Below, one piece after another: positions 39,675 to 53,324 of a stretch of DNA of 64,000 bases. Position 1 is the stretch's first letter. Each line of letters begins with the position of its first letter. Source of the stretch: Octopus bimaculoides (taxonomy: Eukaryota); the NCBI RefSeq assembly GCF_001194135.2, contig NC_068985.1, positions 104,989,319 through 105,053,318 on the forward strand, written 5' to 3'. Made by a program: the position numbers and the translations under genes. Under the pieces are notes generated by a model. That model ran no database searches and was not told the DNA's origin. It was given only the letters and a program-made list of their open reading frames with translations.

Positions 39675-39765
39675 CAGTCAAAAATGGTATAAGCTCGGTC
39701 CGAGTTCTTTCCACACCAAGAGCCAATGCTATTGTAGATAACTTCTTAATGCTATTCAAACGAAG
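39675..39765 (-). CDS. PPP2R1A: PP2A-A exon 2 ([30 protein letters not shown])
   Basis: Acceptor TTTAG, donor GTGAGT, 91 nt; near-identical to HEAT repeat 1. Confidence 0.98.
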
Positions 39766-41324
39766 CTAAAACAGAAAAACAAAAATATCCTTTAAAAACA
39801 TAAAACCAGTGAAAATGTAAAAGAAAACATTTCTGCACATTAGTTTAACATCAGAGGAAATGTTGGATTTGGTCTTCTTCCATACTGTATCATCTCTTAG
39901 GGCCCGATATTCAAATCTAACAGCGATTCTTAACTTAGTAGCACCTCAATGGAGGCTTAGGGGGTTAACAAGGAGGTAGCAAATGTTAAAGTGGTACTTG
40001 GGTGTTTAGGTGTGATTTTCTTCTGGGAAATTAAAGGAAAAAAAAAATTTTAAACATCTATACAACATGAGGACATTGTGAGCAAAAACAAGATGATTTT
40101 GTGAAGAATTATGGTTTAAGCAACAAACACCCCTATTTTGGAAGTAAAATTGTTAGCATTTCCCCCCTGTACTTGGTTTATAAAGGATTCAGTACATTTT
40201 AGTACAACTGTTAGTGAAGTACGATATAAATATACAAGGTAAACTGTTTGACAAAAAGAGAACCTGATCAAACAAACTAACCATTAGTTTTCGGAGTATA
40301 ACATATTTACTTTTTTTTTAAAGACAGCCTAATACCGATGTTTGATTCATTAACACCAGTAATAAAGCTAATAGTATTTTTTAAATTAAGACGCAACATT
40401 CTTTGTTCTATACATCCTTGTCTTTAGTAATAATCATAAAAAAAAAAAAAAAGATTAACACAGGATGTAGTTTCAATGTAAATATCCAAAAGCACATACT
40501 GGATGGCATTGTATAAAATATGAATAAACCACTGAACAAAATTAAGATTTTTTTTCAGTGAATGGGAGCATTGAGCTACAAAAGGGTGAGAATCACTGAT
40601 CAAACTAAACTTTAGACATCCTATTGTAATAACTGGTATTGTCCATAAGTAAAAATTATATTGCAAGGAATTTATATATATAAAAAAAATTACATATGCT
40701 CTAATTCCATCAAATGATTTTGAATATTTCTAGAATGATGAATTAATTTTTAAAAATTGAGCCTAACAATATAGACAATTTGCCCTAGATAACTTACATT
40801 TAAGCAATCTTTCCTTTAATTCAAGAAGGGATGGAAGCAGTAAATGGTTTAAAGTACAATGAAGCTTTTGCAATCAATTCACAAGCAGCATACCTGAGTT
40901 TGTTGCAACTACGAAGAGAAAACTGATTAGTATACAATTAAAAATTCCTTGCAGCTGATCTTTTTCACATTTTGCCAATTTAATTTTTTAATGTAATTAA
41001 TAGGCACTTAAAAAAAAAAACTGAAGATCATTTTAATCTCATAAAAAGAGTTGAAAGAACTAATAAACTGTTGATTTTCAACTCCATTTTCTTTACTGTG
41101 CAAGATTACAAAGGACAAAAAAGAAACCTCATTGCATGCAATACAGAAAGGAAGACTACCAGACACTCCACTGTACAAGGATGGGCTGAAAAGTTATGGT
41201 AGAGCTGTAAAATTTTGTATGCATTAGTTTCAACTCTTCTTAATAACTGCAGTTTCTTTCTAGATAAACTGACATCTGCCTGTGTAATGAAGACTACAAA
41301 AGCAACTAGTAACAACTTCTCTTA

Positions 41325-41625
41325 AAAATGGACAAAGTCTGGCATTGTTATGTTATCAAGTACCTGCAGAAAAAGGGTCTAACTGCCAAGGACAAACATG
41401 TCAACTTAGTTACTACAATCCAGTTTTAGCAACGGTGCAAAAGTGGGCAGCTGAATTCAAGAGAGAGTCTTGAAGATGACCCAACATCTGGATGTCTTGC
41501 AACTGCTGCTAAGAATAACATCATGTTCACCACATGGTGATGGAGAATAGGCGATTAACTATAAATCAAACAACCAATGCTATTAGCACATCCCACAACA
41601 GAGTTAAGAATATTCTGAACTGATG
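41325..41625 (+). mobile_element. Mariner transposase N-terminal HTH relic
   Basis: MDKVWHCYVIKYLQKKGLTAKD...TVQKWAAEFKR..LEDDPTSG...HHMVMENRRLT. Confidence 0.75.
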
Positions 41626-44600
41626 ACAAGAGTTTCTGCATTCAAGTTACTGAGTCTAATGTATTGCTTATGTAGTCACATTGTTGGCATTAGAAACCAT
41701 GCCAAAGCTGACATTGGAGCTCAGTGTGGTATTGTGGCTGGCCAGTTCCTGTCAAACAGTCTAACCCATGTCAGCATGGAAAACAAACACTAAATGGTGA
41801 TGAGTGTTTTGAATTAATTATACATTGTCATGTAGCTTCAATATTTCGACAATGTGATTGTTTAGTTTTAGAATAATATGGTAGGATGACTATGAGAGGG
41901 AAGACTAGGCCAGTTTTAACTTAAGAGCAGAATATTTAGGTCCGATATCGTTGGTTTAAATGCAAAAGAGTTAAACCATTTTAACTAGCTGAATCGAATA
42001 AAAGAGTAAAGAAAGAAGTATTTGAAAAGTTATATTTCAAATCCTGAAAGTTTCTGATATCATGTATTATCTAATCATTCCTTGTTTATTCATTGGCTCT
42101 TTGAAACAAAAGCTTTATTCAAACAAATGACAATTTCTTCCCAACATTCTTATCAGTGAAATACATTGTGTTTTGACATTTGAGTTGAAACCTGTAGGGT
42201 AAATATGAAATAGCCAACAATAGCCAAGATAAACAAATGATCTATTCTTATTCAAATGTACTAAGTTTCTCAGAAAGGATATCAACAGTCAAGGAGATGA
42301 AAACAGTGTTCAAATGAAGTGTTAATACTATCATGTCAATATGATTTTAAGTTATGCTGACACATTTGATATAACTTTTCTAAGATTAAAAAATAAATAT
42401 ATAAAGAGCTGAGATAGAACTTCATATTTTTTAAAATATGTTTTCCATATTTCCATTTTGCAGCATGGAAGGTCAGCATATAAGAAAAATTTTGAACAGT
42501 CAAGTGCATAATAATACAGGTACATTAAACACAGTTACAAACACTGCACTGTGCAATTAATGCTTTGCAGAAAATAAGTGTTATTCTACATTTTGATGTG
42601 GAAAGCATCCATCTGGAACTGGAGAATAACAATTGTTACAGCAACATATATACAATTTGAAATACCTTACCAAAGCTAACAGGAAAAGCTAATGTTATAC
42701 AAATGCATGAAATGATCAGTCATTTTCAGAAACAGTTCTCTGCGTCTGCTTCATTTGAGGATACCAGAAAAAAATCTTGACATACAAAATCAAGCTGGAC
42801 AGTGGCCAGCATCAGAATGTGCAGTATAATCTCAACTAAATAGAGATATGGTAGATTTGAAGCTATGGATCATAGCTAGTTATTCAACCACCTCAGGTCT
42901 GTTTGACCAGGGATAAACCTGAGGTTACAAACAAAATGTAATTTCCATAATTTGTAGCTAGTAGATTGCAACGAATGAGATCAATAAGAATTGAATGGCT
43001 GACTTTTGTAATCAAGAATAATATCGTTTGAGGAAGAGTTTTTCGTAATATTTTTTTCTATGTAGCTTTCCAATTTATTATAGTTATTTCAGTTATATTT
43101 AAAATGCAAGTAAAATTAAAATTTTGGCCTTGCAAACTACGTAAGCAAATATGTCAAATGGGGGTGGAGGAACAGCCTTTTCTGATAGAGCTATAAAATA
43201 GGAGTTAAATATAAAGCCACTATTTACAATGAAGGGAAATGCGCAAGTCCAATGCCCATGCTTTTCTCAAATGTAAATATTCATAAAAAAACAATCAAAG
43301 CCATGGTAAGTTTCTTGCTCTCAGGCACTTATTTCTAAATTCCAATGCTTAATATTTATAAATACTTGGACCAATTAATAGTCATTTTTGTCTTATCACC
43401 AAGAAATACATGCATGTATATGCAGGATTCAAGGGTCTTCAGATTTATCACTTATTTCCACCTGTTGAACAAGTAATATAACTTCATCAGATGTTACATC
43501 CAACAGTCTTATGCAAGAAATTTTATCCCATCCATTCAAGTCATGAACCAATTGAGCTTTGGTGTTTGTTTTTTTTAATACTTACTGGGCATGGCAGAAA
43601 AGACAGTAACTATAGCCTTTGCAAGCTCTCCAAGATTTGTGAAACTGATGCCATTAATGTTCTACTTAAATTATTGCAAGTTCACACTTACAAGAAAGGG
43701 AATTCTAGAAGGTTGATATTCTGAGAAGGACTGGATTTAGTGGTTAATGCTGAGCTAGGAGGATTGGACAGAACATGGGCAATGAGAAATGTGCAATTTG
43801 GGAGTGTCTGAGTAGAGGTGACACTACTCAGTTTGAGGAGCTGGAGTTATAAATATATATAGGGGTATATAGTGTAATAGAAAAGATAGAAACAGCATTT
43901 CAGTTGGTCAGAAGCTGGTGCATGAGAGTGAACTTACGCCAGAGGTCTTTCTCTGGATGCAGTCTAAGATAGTACTGTACCAAATGTGGGGACAACAGAG
44001 GATGTCTGAACTTTGAAGAGTGTCAGTAATTCCTGGGGTCTGAATTATTTTTTTTTTGACTGTGAAAAGAAGGGCCAGTCTTTTCGATACAGACTTAACT
44101 ACATAAGGATGTGCTTTTTCTATTAAAGAAACTTGGAGATAGCAAGGGCTTAGTTGCATGCTACTTTCCTGATATGGTGTTTGTGTTTGCTGTTGAAAGA
44201 AAAAGTTAGTATGTCCCCATAATTTCTCAGTGTTCATGGAATTAGGACAGAAACCTATCATCTACATAAACATGGATGTTGTTGGATATGATGGCAAATA
44301 GAACACTGAAACTTATGCCTTGTAATAAGCATTTCTAATTTAGGTACAATGTCAACAATTTTGAGGAGAGGGGTTTAGCCAATATCATCAACCTCAGTAC
44401 ATCATTTAACACTTGCCTTCCATGCTGGAATGGGTTAGACAGTTTGACAGAATTCATTGAACTGTACTAACTACATTAGCACAGTTTCTAGGGCTTGATG
44501 TCTTTCCTCATGCCAACCACTTTATAGCATATACCAGGTGTTCTTTTCTGACACTAACACAAGTGAAGGTTGTCAAGCAACTAGTGAGAAGTCTTCTGGG

Positions 44601-44701
44601 GGGGGGGGAGTACATGTAAGAGAGCCAAGTGAGTCAGCCTTCATATATAAAAAATTTGACATCCACCAGCAGAGTAAACCAGTGAAAGCTTGTTGCATAT
44701 A

Positions 44702-45247
44702 CAGGGTGTCCCAAAAAGATGTACTCACTCTTTGACAGACGGTTACTAATGTATTGTTTTTTGTGATGTACGGGCTTACCTCAATGCAACAAATCCAAAC
44801 AAATGGATTGAGAGGAGAGGTAGCATTGAATTTCCTGCACGTTCCCCAGACCTCATGCCAATGGATTATTTTTATGGGGACATCTCAAAGATAAGGTTTA
44901 CGCTGCAAAACCAGTGACAATTGATGATTTGAAAAAGGAAATTCGAATACAATGTCTTGCAATTCCAAATGAAATGTTTCGCAATGTTGTTGAATCCATT
45001 GTTGAACGTTATCAGCTTTGTTTGGAAAATGAAGGAAGGCAGTTTGAACATTTGCGAACATGCAGGAATGAGAGAGAAGATTAAATAATTCTAAATGACA
45101 ATAAATAATCGTTTCTACAATAATTTATTTTCCTGAATTTAATTTAACTTTTTAAGATTGTATGTATATCAATAAACATCAACTTGAACACAAAATGCAT
45201 GAGTACTGGGAAGTCAAAGAGTGAGTACATCTTTATGGGACACCCTC
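44702..45247 (+). mobile_element. Internally deleted Tc1-mariner element with both roughly 36-bp TIRs and TA flanks
   Basis: CAGGGTGTCCCAAAAAGATGTACTCACTCTTTGAC at 44702 and its inverse ending at 45247 (2 mismatches). Interior encodes WIERRGSIEFPARSPDLMPMDYF.WGHLKDKVY...ENEGRQFEHL. Confidence 0.93.
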
Positions 45248-47649
45248 TATATATATCGTTTTAACGTTCACTTTTCCATACATTCATTGTCAGATGGAAT
45301 CGCTGAGGAAGATTTTCTACAACTAGATTCCCTTCCTGTCCCCTACTCTAGTTTCCAAGCAAAGTACTTTTTCTTCAGGGTCTGGCAAGATTGGAAAGGA
45401 ACATCACTTGTATAAGTAGGACTACCGATCGTTTACAACTAATGTGCAATGTCAAGGCGAGACACACATACGACAGGTTTCTTCGAGTTTCCTTCGACAA
45501 ACCTACTCACAAGGCTATAGTAGAAGCCAATTGTCATATATTACGCATACTATATATATATACATACATACACACACACATATATATACATACATACACA
45601 CACACACACATATATATATATATGGCTGAAACTGAAAGTACAAATAGTTTTGACACGCTAGAATACACAATTACAAATCAGAAAACGAAATAGTCTTTTA
45701 AAGATTAATAGTAGGAGAGAGAAAAAAAAAGAGGCTGGGTCATTCAGAAAAAGAATAAGAATGGAAACTAGTTCAGCTGACATAATTGAAATGAAAACGG
45801 AAGTAAGATAGCGGACAAATCCTTACAAAGGACCACAAAACCTATCAAGTTTGAAAAATAAAATAAAGAACACTAAATTCTGTAATACTGAAAATTTAGA
45901 GTTGTAAAAAAAAAAAGCCATTTATTAAACCTCTTTCGTTGCGAATTGATTGTAGCATTTCAGATGCGTCGCCGGGACTGTAGAATTAGCATTCCAAAAT
46001 CTAATGAGATTTCAGGTATATCTTACAGAATATTAATTTTCCTACGATTTGAAACTAAATAGATATGAGAGAAATCTTCATACTCCGCCTTTTCTTTCAA
46101 ACTTGAACTCTACAATTCAAATTAAACCCCAAAATGTGAAATTGAGTTAATGACGTGGAATGGCTCCAAACAAAATTTGAAACCGGGTTGGAGATTTCGT
46201 TCACAGGGACCGTACAACTACATTGTTGCATCTTTAATAAAATGACAACGATAGCAGTAGCATTAACAAAATGCCATAACTAATTTAGATAAAAATACTG
46301 AAATTCTTTATGTACACACATATCACATACGATACAAAAAAAAAAAAGGCGTTTTGACTTAACATTAAATGACGTGATAAACTTTAATAGAAAATGACGC
46401 CTTAAAATATCATTTAGAATTTAAGAGGTAGTGCAAACCATAAAATAGAGTGACTTAATGAGAAAGTCATAAGATATTGATTAATGTGAGTTGGATGTGA
46501 CCAAGACGTAGTTCGTCTTCCTTCGAAGCATTTTCATAAAAAAAAAAGCAGCAAAAAAGAAATAGTATGTCATATCCATTCTTAATATTACAACGGTCTA
46601 GTTGGAGTTAAGATTAAAATTTTAGAATTCCAGTCAAGGAATTCTTCCAACGCCCCCCACTTAAAAAAAAAAACTTTTTAAAGATAATCTACAGAAAGGC
46701 AAATATTATATTATATTCCAAAATATGTGCGTAACAACACCGAGTTTGTAAATATTTCATTCGGTTAAAGAAAAAAAAAAGAGGGTAAAAACGGCAGTAA
46801 TAAATAAAAAATCATTTCGCTCCGAATTAAGTTATTTAAACTCAAATTTTTTTCCAGAAAGTCTGGCAATGACGTTATCTAACAAACATATAGATCGGTA
46901 AATAAAATACGCTGTAATAGTGATAGGAATTTGACACTTTTACTCTGATCAAGCGTAAATGAAAAGTGGAATTAAAAACAGATGACCTGCTAGTTAAATG
47001 ATGGTATGATAGTCAAAAGATACAACAAAATGAGAGAACCGTTGTATTTATGAAGTGTTTTTCGATATTTTACACGAGTGGTTAAACAGAAAGTAAAAAA
47101 AAAAAAGTTGCCATATTCCAACTAATCTTACTTAAAATTATAATCTACGTTGAAGAAGGCCCCTCCAAATATCTTACTTTTAATTAACATTAGTCATAGT
47201 AAGGCAATAGAAGGGTCAGAGTAAGGCAATAGAAGTATAATTAGAAATTAAATTAGTTTATGGGATGAGAACAGGAAAAATTGAAAGCTATGAGCAACTA
47301 TGGTCACGGGAAATACCTACATCAATATACATACATATGTATACACACATATGAAGTCTTGTAAGCCGCAATGGTACACTAAATACAACTACATATCGGA
47401 ATTATTTCGTGATTTAATATCATATTATCTAAATAAAATTAAATGCTAAATTGGTTCGATGGGGTGAAAGTAAAAGGTGAATTTCGAAGTCTTAAAAGAC
47501 GACACACAAGTTGTGGACGGTTTCAGAGTCGACGGGCGGTTAAGGGAAACGATAAATAGTGACCGGTTCATATAAAACAACGATCAATTTACACAATGTT
47601 GTTTGCTTTAAATATAAAAAAATTGACAAAGATGAGGGAAAACATATAC

Positions 47650-47730
47650 CTGAACATCTTCATTTCTTAATTCATCAATTAAAACAGCAATCGGGTACAA
47701 GGATTCATCACTCTGTTCACTGGTCGCCAT
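47650..47730 (-). CDS. PPP2R1A: PP2A scaffold subunit A, coding exon 1 (MATSEQSDESLYPIAVLIDELRNEDVQ)
   Basis: Hand translation matches the N-terminus of PP2A-A (SLYPIAVLIDELRNEDVQ). 81 nt, donor GTATAT at 47649, phase 0. Confidence 0.97.
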
Positions 47731-47770
47731 TTTCTTGTATTCTTTTTCATACCCATGCATTTTTATACAA
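47724..47770 (-). promoter_or_regulatory. PPP2R1A core promoter: TATAAAA (47767-47761) and YY1/TISU-like AAAATGGCG overlapping the ATG
   Basis: Motifs read directly on the minus strand; the region is CpG-retaining. Confidence 0.45.
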
Positions 47771-50700
47771 ACGAGATTTAATTTTGCTGTCGGTAATTTT
47801 GCAAAATTAACTCATTAAAATACCAAGAGACTATTTTTGAAAAATAATTTGATAACTATAGTTTTATTTTTTGTTGAAACAAATATTTGGTATTCATAAA
47901 TCCATTAAAAATAAAACAACTTTGTGTACGAGAGTACTTATTGCTATGTTAATGAATGACTGGATTATTTTTTTTTTCCCCCCACTTTCTTCACCGCATT
48001 TTAAAAATTTTCTGTTGCAATGCAATATTTTTTAAAGATATTATTCGACAAAGCTACATTATAGGGGAGTTGCAACAAACCACTTTGTCATCTTAATGAC
48101 AATGAAATTAATGAAGTTGATGTAGAGACTAAATTTATGACTTTATGCTAATAAGAGATGACGTCATTTTTAAATTGCCAAAGCCATCATGTTACGTAGG
48201 AATATTCGTGTTTAACTTATCAAGTGTTTGAAGATATTAAATAAATTTTTACGTGTCTCTTAAATATTCTGTACAAAATTTAGCCATACAATCTATTATT
48301 GCTACGGATATACACATTAAAAAAAAACAAACAAACTCCGTTATCCAAACTTTCGAATATCTAATGATAAACTCTTTATGAATCGGGTTTTTTTTGTCAT
48401 AATTTTTACTCTCATATGCTACCACCTAAAAATACTTACATTTAGTAGTTTTTCGTCTAAGTGAGAATGCCTAAAATTTAGTAAGAAAAACAGCAATATA
48501 TATAACGAAAACAGTTGAGAAACAAGGGACGTGTGATATATTTGCTTTTTTAAAAATTACATTGAATTAGGAAACTAACACAGTTTCGTAGGTGCGTTGG
48601 AAAACTAGAAATATCGCTATTATACCATGGTCAGCGATTCATTTTTATAATGTGAAGTGAAATTGTAATTCTTTCTCGTATAATAATAACCTTAAATCGA
48701 AACCGCGACACCGTTTCCACTCGCCGGTAGCTTACCTTTCTTACATGACAGTTACCAGAGACTTGGGCAATTAATTTACTTCTAAGATTTTAAGCTATAA
48801 ATTTGAAAATGAAAATAATAAGACATGATGTTCACAAGAATATTAGCGTTTTTCGTAAAGTAAATTAACTTACACTAAGAATCGAAACCGGTTCGCGGGC
48901 TCAATCCGGAAGCTTACCTCACGCTTAATGGCGAGATTTATTTCAGATAAAAAAACTTTTTTTTTTTTTTAAATAAAAATAGATGGTTTTAACAAACTAC
49001 CCTTCTTAATCTGAAATAATGACGAAAGCAGAAACCCCTTTGAATTTTTTAATTTTTATTGTGTTCAAATCGATATGGACCAACTGGTGGGTTAGGACTA
49101 AACTTATAAATAAAAGAAATAAAAATATATCGATGCAGAAAGCATGACTGTCAAATTGTATAGCAGGTTCATTTCCCACCTAGAGGTATTTTCTTCGACT
49201 TAAGCTTAGTTAATTCTCTCGAAATGTGCAAAAATTCACACTGTACCTCTATCCCCATATATTTCAGGTGGGATTGCTGTCATTTGCATGATATAGTAGT
49301 CAGTTCCCGTTAGAGTTTTATTTCGCAAATGATTTTTGGGATCGACACGAATGTCTAAAACTTGCTAGAAACTTGAGTTATTTTGTTTTTAAAGCATTGT
49401 CATCATTATTCTTGATCGAAATGGTGATGGTCTCCCCCAATTCCACCGAATTCAACCTCTATTACGTCAATTTCGATCCACTGAAACAACTCTTTTGAAA
49501 TTATATAATCTTACTACCTAAGCTCTGAAAATAGACATTTAGATTAACGAATTTTGCAGCTGATTAATCGATAAGGATTTGGTAGGTTGATTATGAAGTG
49601 TTGTACAAAATTCAGTGATAATATAATTTCAATGTCCATTCTCTATGTTTACACAAAAATTTGATAGTTTGCTCTTTTTATTTTTTGTTATAAATATCAA
49701 AACTAAATTCGCCCCCACCTCTTTAATAGTTTATTATCCAAATAATAAATAAGCTCATTGTGTGGATAAGTCATGACCAGCAATATTTTTAAGTAAGTTA
49801 TTAATAAGGACTGTAAGGACTAAAAGATGATAGACTCTTTCTGTTCGGGGCTCTATGCCCCTAACAAAATTGCTTGTCTCTAGTAAATCAGTCAACCATG
49901 CTACAAATATGAAGAGACGCATATGATTCATTAGCTTTTTGCGTGTCTAGTTCGAAGTTTCCCTATATTAAATTGCGTCATAGATAAAGATACTTTTTTA
50001 AATAGTTCTAGGAACCGATTAGAAAAATGTAGAAAATATACGATCTCGTTTTATGCAGACTATATAGAGGTCATTTACTAATTGCGTTCTTCGTTTTACA
50101 ATCATTGAAAACCATTAGCGAAGAAACAAGGGTTAGGGCACATTGTTAGTTCGAGTTGTTTTCAGATTTTATCAACTGTTGCATGTGTGTTTGTGTAGCA
50201 TTGAATACTATGGGCTGAAACTCACGGTGGTTCGCTATTTGGTCGATAGAACACAAGTAATTAACGAGAATGTCGTCCTATCCTCAAATGATCCATTGAA
50301 AAGTGCCATGTTTCGTGTATAAACTAGAGCTTTTTAGGTTGTATTCGTCATTTAGAAGACCATGGATCTAATCTGTATCACTTAGAAGCGGAGTCAAATT
50401 GTATCCGAGGGATATAAATTTAACTCGTGATCTTCAGCTAAATTATCTTTACAATCTAACAGGCTCCAGCATATAGCTGAGACAGCACAATTTGATCATC
50501 GCTCTGACTGGCCTGACACCTGCGTTATACTTACAAGACAGACCATAAGGACTCCAAGAGATCATTTGCATGTTTACAACAACAGCTGGTTTAATCAGTT
50601 TTTATATAGACACCTGCACGCATAGACACTGGAATCAGTTGTTTGACTTTTATCAAAAGAGATATCGGTCAAAAGATGTTCATGTCTATTGACTTTATTA

Positions 50701-51029
50701 GTTAAAAAAAATTGAAATTGATGTAAATCATGAATGAAATTGGATTACATTTTTTTTTTCACTACAGTGCATATCACAGATAGCCAGTGTTATTTATCCT
50801 GGAAGAAAAAACATCGTAATAGACTGACATAGATTACAAATCGAAAATAATTTACTGGTAGAAGAACAATTCACAAATGTATATATTAAGAATATATATA
50901 TATAGAGAGAAGAGGAACCAGTAAATGATGAAAACAGAAGCATGAACGCTCCTTTATGCATCACACCAGGGAAATTAGTGTCCTCACCCTCTAAAGATTT
51001 TTAAGAAACCCCCAAACACCCATGGTATT

Positions 51030-51410
51030 AGCACCTGTAACTGCCAGGCTGAGATGCTGGAACAACCAAGAGCACTTCCGAGAATTATATGATGCTTCAG
51101 TGAGGCAGGACACTTAATGAAGTAAAAAAACTTCCTTGTCAGTAGTCCGGCACCCGCATCATTTCAAAGGCCAAAGATTGAAGAATGTAATTTACTGAAA
51201 GAATACTGTATTGCAGTGTCATATTTCGTTTGGTTGGGAGTGCAGTTACTTTTCCTCACCTCCACCGTAGCATTAAGAATTGTCATAGAGCAAATGAGCA
51301 GTTAACTGTAGTCTCCCGTATCAGGGATTGGCTTCTAGCCCAAGGGATAAAGAGTAAGTCGATTGGGCCCTTCTCATCATCGCTAGGCAGTCTCACTTGC
51401 CGGTTCGTTT
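51030..51410 (-). mobile_element. CRE-clade non-LTR retrotransposon relic (REL endonuclease C-terminus)
   Basis: Frameshifted pieces SDDEKGPIDLLFIPWARSQSLIRETTVNCSFA, YILQSLAFE and LTEASYNSRKCSWLFQHLSLAVTGAN, in the order expected for CRE motifs (DGKRPDGxTLIPW..G..LxWD; FxPxAxET; WLFQRLSxAxQRGN). Confidence 0.75.
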
Positions 51411-53324
51411 AATGATTACGTTTATAGCGATCTGTATTCAGTCAACAGGATAAATCCGCGAAGAGCTCCAGAGTCAAGGGGCTTACGTCAATAACACCTA
51501 CTTCAGTACAAGGCCAACAAATTTTAGGGTAAGTGGTTAGTCGATACTACCGACCCTAACAATTGGCTTGCACTTTATTTGATAAATTCCGGAGGAATGG
51601 AAAACACGGCGGAGTTGAAAAGAATACGTACACCACCCGTTTTCGGCGTAACAAAAACCCTAAACACCGCGTATACGTATTCTTCACTTTCGTCAAAAAC
51701 ACACATTTAACCTTTTCCGATGCTTTTATGATTCTGCCAACCAATCGCCTTAATAGGGGAAAGTTGACCTCAGCGGGATTTTGAAAAGTTAGACTTCCTT
51801 TTGTNNNNNNNNNNNNNNNNNNNNNNNNNNNNNNNNNNNNNNNNNNNNNNNNNNNNNNNNNNNNNNNNNNNNNNNNNNNNNNNNNNNNNNNNNNNNNNNN
51901 NNNNNNNNNNNNNNNNNNNNNNNNNNNNNNNNNNNNNNNNNNNNNNNNNNNNNNNNNNNNNNNNNNNNNNNNNNNNNNNNNNNNNNNNNNNNNNNNNNNN
52001 NNNNNNNNNNNNNNNNNNNNNNNNNNNNNNNNNNNNNNNNNNNNNNNNNNNNNNNNNNNNNNNNNNNNNNNNNNNNNNNNNNNNNNNNNNNNNNNNNNNN
52101 NNNNNNNNNNNNNNNNNNNNNNNNNNNNNNNNNNNNNNNNNNNNNNNNNNNNNNNNNNNNNNNNNNNNNNNNNNNNNNNNNNNNNNNNNNNNNNNNNNNN
52201 NNNNNNNNNNNNNNNNNNNNNNNNNNNNNNNNNNNNNNNNNNNNNNNNNNNNNNNNNNNNNNNNNNNNNNNNNNNNNNNNNNNNNNNNNNNNNNNNNNNN
52301 NNNNNAAAAAAAAAAAAAAAAAAAAAAGGTTGCGAGGGGTGGGGGCGGAGGAAGTCTTTCCTTTTGAAACCAAAACCGAAACCAATTTGCTCTAACGTTC
52401 TGCTAATTCGCCGCCTTCCACACCGGAACTTATTAGATTCCAATTGATTATCAACTCTAACGCTTTAATACACTATCGCACACTTCTATAGTTATCTTTT
52501 TGTCAATCAAAGAATAAATTATGATTATTAAGGTGGTGAGCCAACAGAATCGTTTGCAAGCCGGGCAAAATGTTAAGCGGCATTTAGTTCGTCTTTACGT
52601 TCCGAGTTCAACTTTACCTTTCATCCTTTCGAAGTGTTGTATCTTGAAGGAGGTGCTCTTAGTAATGAGAAGCTAGTGAAGTAGTAAATTTACGAATGTG
52701 AATAAAGTCACTTTATCACTAAAAATGATTTTGGGTTGGCTCACTTTTTGTATAATTTGTGACTTCCTGTGCAACAGAAGTAAGGAATGTTCAATCCAAA
52801 ACATGGTTCCAATTCACACGACTTTGATTTTCCTAACACATCTTCCGCTTTGTATGTTCACTGTACGTTTACTTCTTGTGGATCAACATGCAAAAGAACC
52901 TCAGCGTGACACAGAATGTCTGTCAGACACTCTGTATATTGAAAACTACGTTAAGGGCACGCGTGTTTATGGAGTGCTCACTCGCTTGCGCGTTAAGTTC
53001 ACGTAACTGATGTAGGATCGGTTATCTTGAGTTAACAACCATAACTCACTATTCATCTGCTTCGGCACGTGAGCGGGTGTCTGACACTGGGTTTGGCGTA
53101 GCTCGGTAGTTTAGTAGAAACGCGTCCAAGATTTCCTCCGTCGTGCCTTGCCCTTTTGACGTTCTTAATGCTCGTTTGGTGTTTACGAAGCAAAACATTG
53201 GTATCTTAACCCAGTCGAGCCCTGCATCTCCATCGCCTTCAGAGTAGGACTTGATGTATCTTTGTGTGTGTGTGTGGGGGGGGGGGATGAAGTGTTGTGG
53301 TAAAAATTAAAAAAGATGTGGGTG

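Noticed and set aside
43700-44270. GC-richer stretch with a 117-aa minus-strand ORF in intron 1; similar unexplained stretches at 7880-8560, 32170-32400 and 38060-38560
   Set aside because: No splice-site or protein-motif support; most likely old unclassified TE fragments.
50087-50138. Telomerase-RNA-like template (minus strand CCCTAACCCT, 50138-50129) followed by a TTCTTCG/CGAAGAA stem with U- and A-rich runs
   Set aside because: No convincing P3 pseudoknot geometry, no CR4/5 P6.1 hairpin (AGAG-loop-CTCT type) and no clear H/ACA 3' domain downstream; a 10-mer match is plausible by chance. An Infernal search with a metazoan TR model would settle it.
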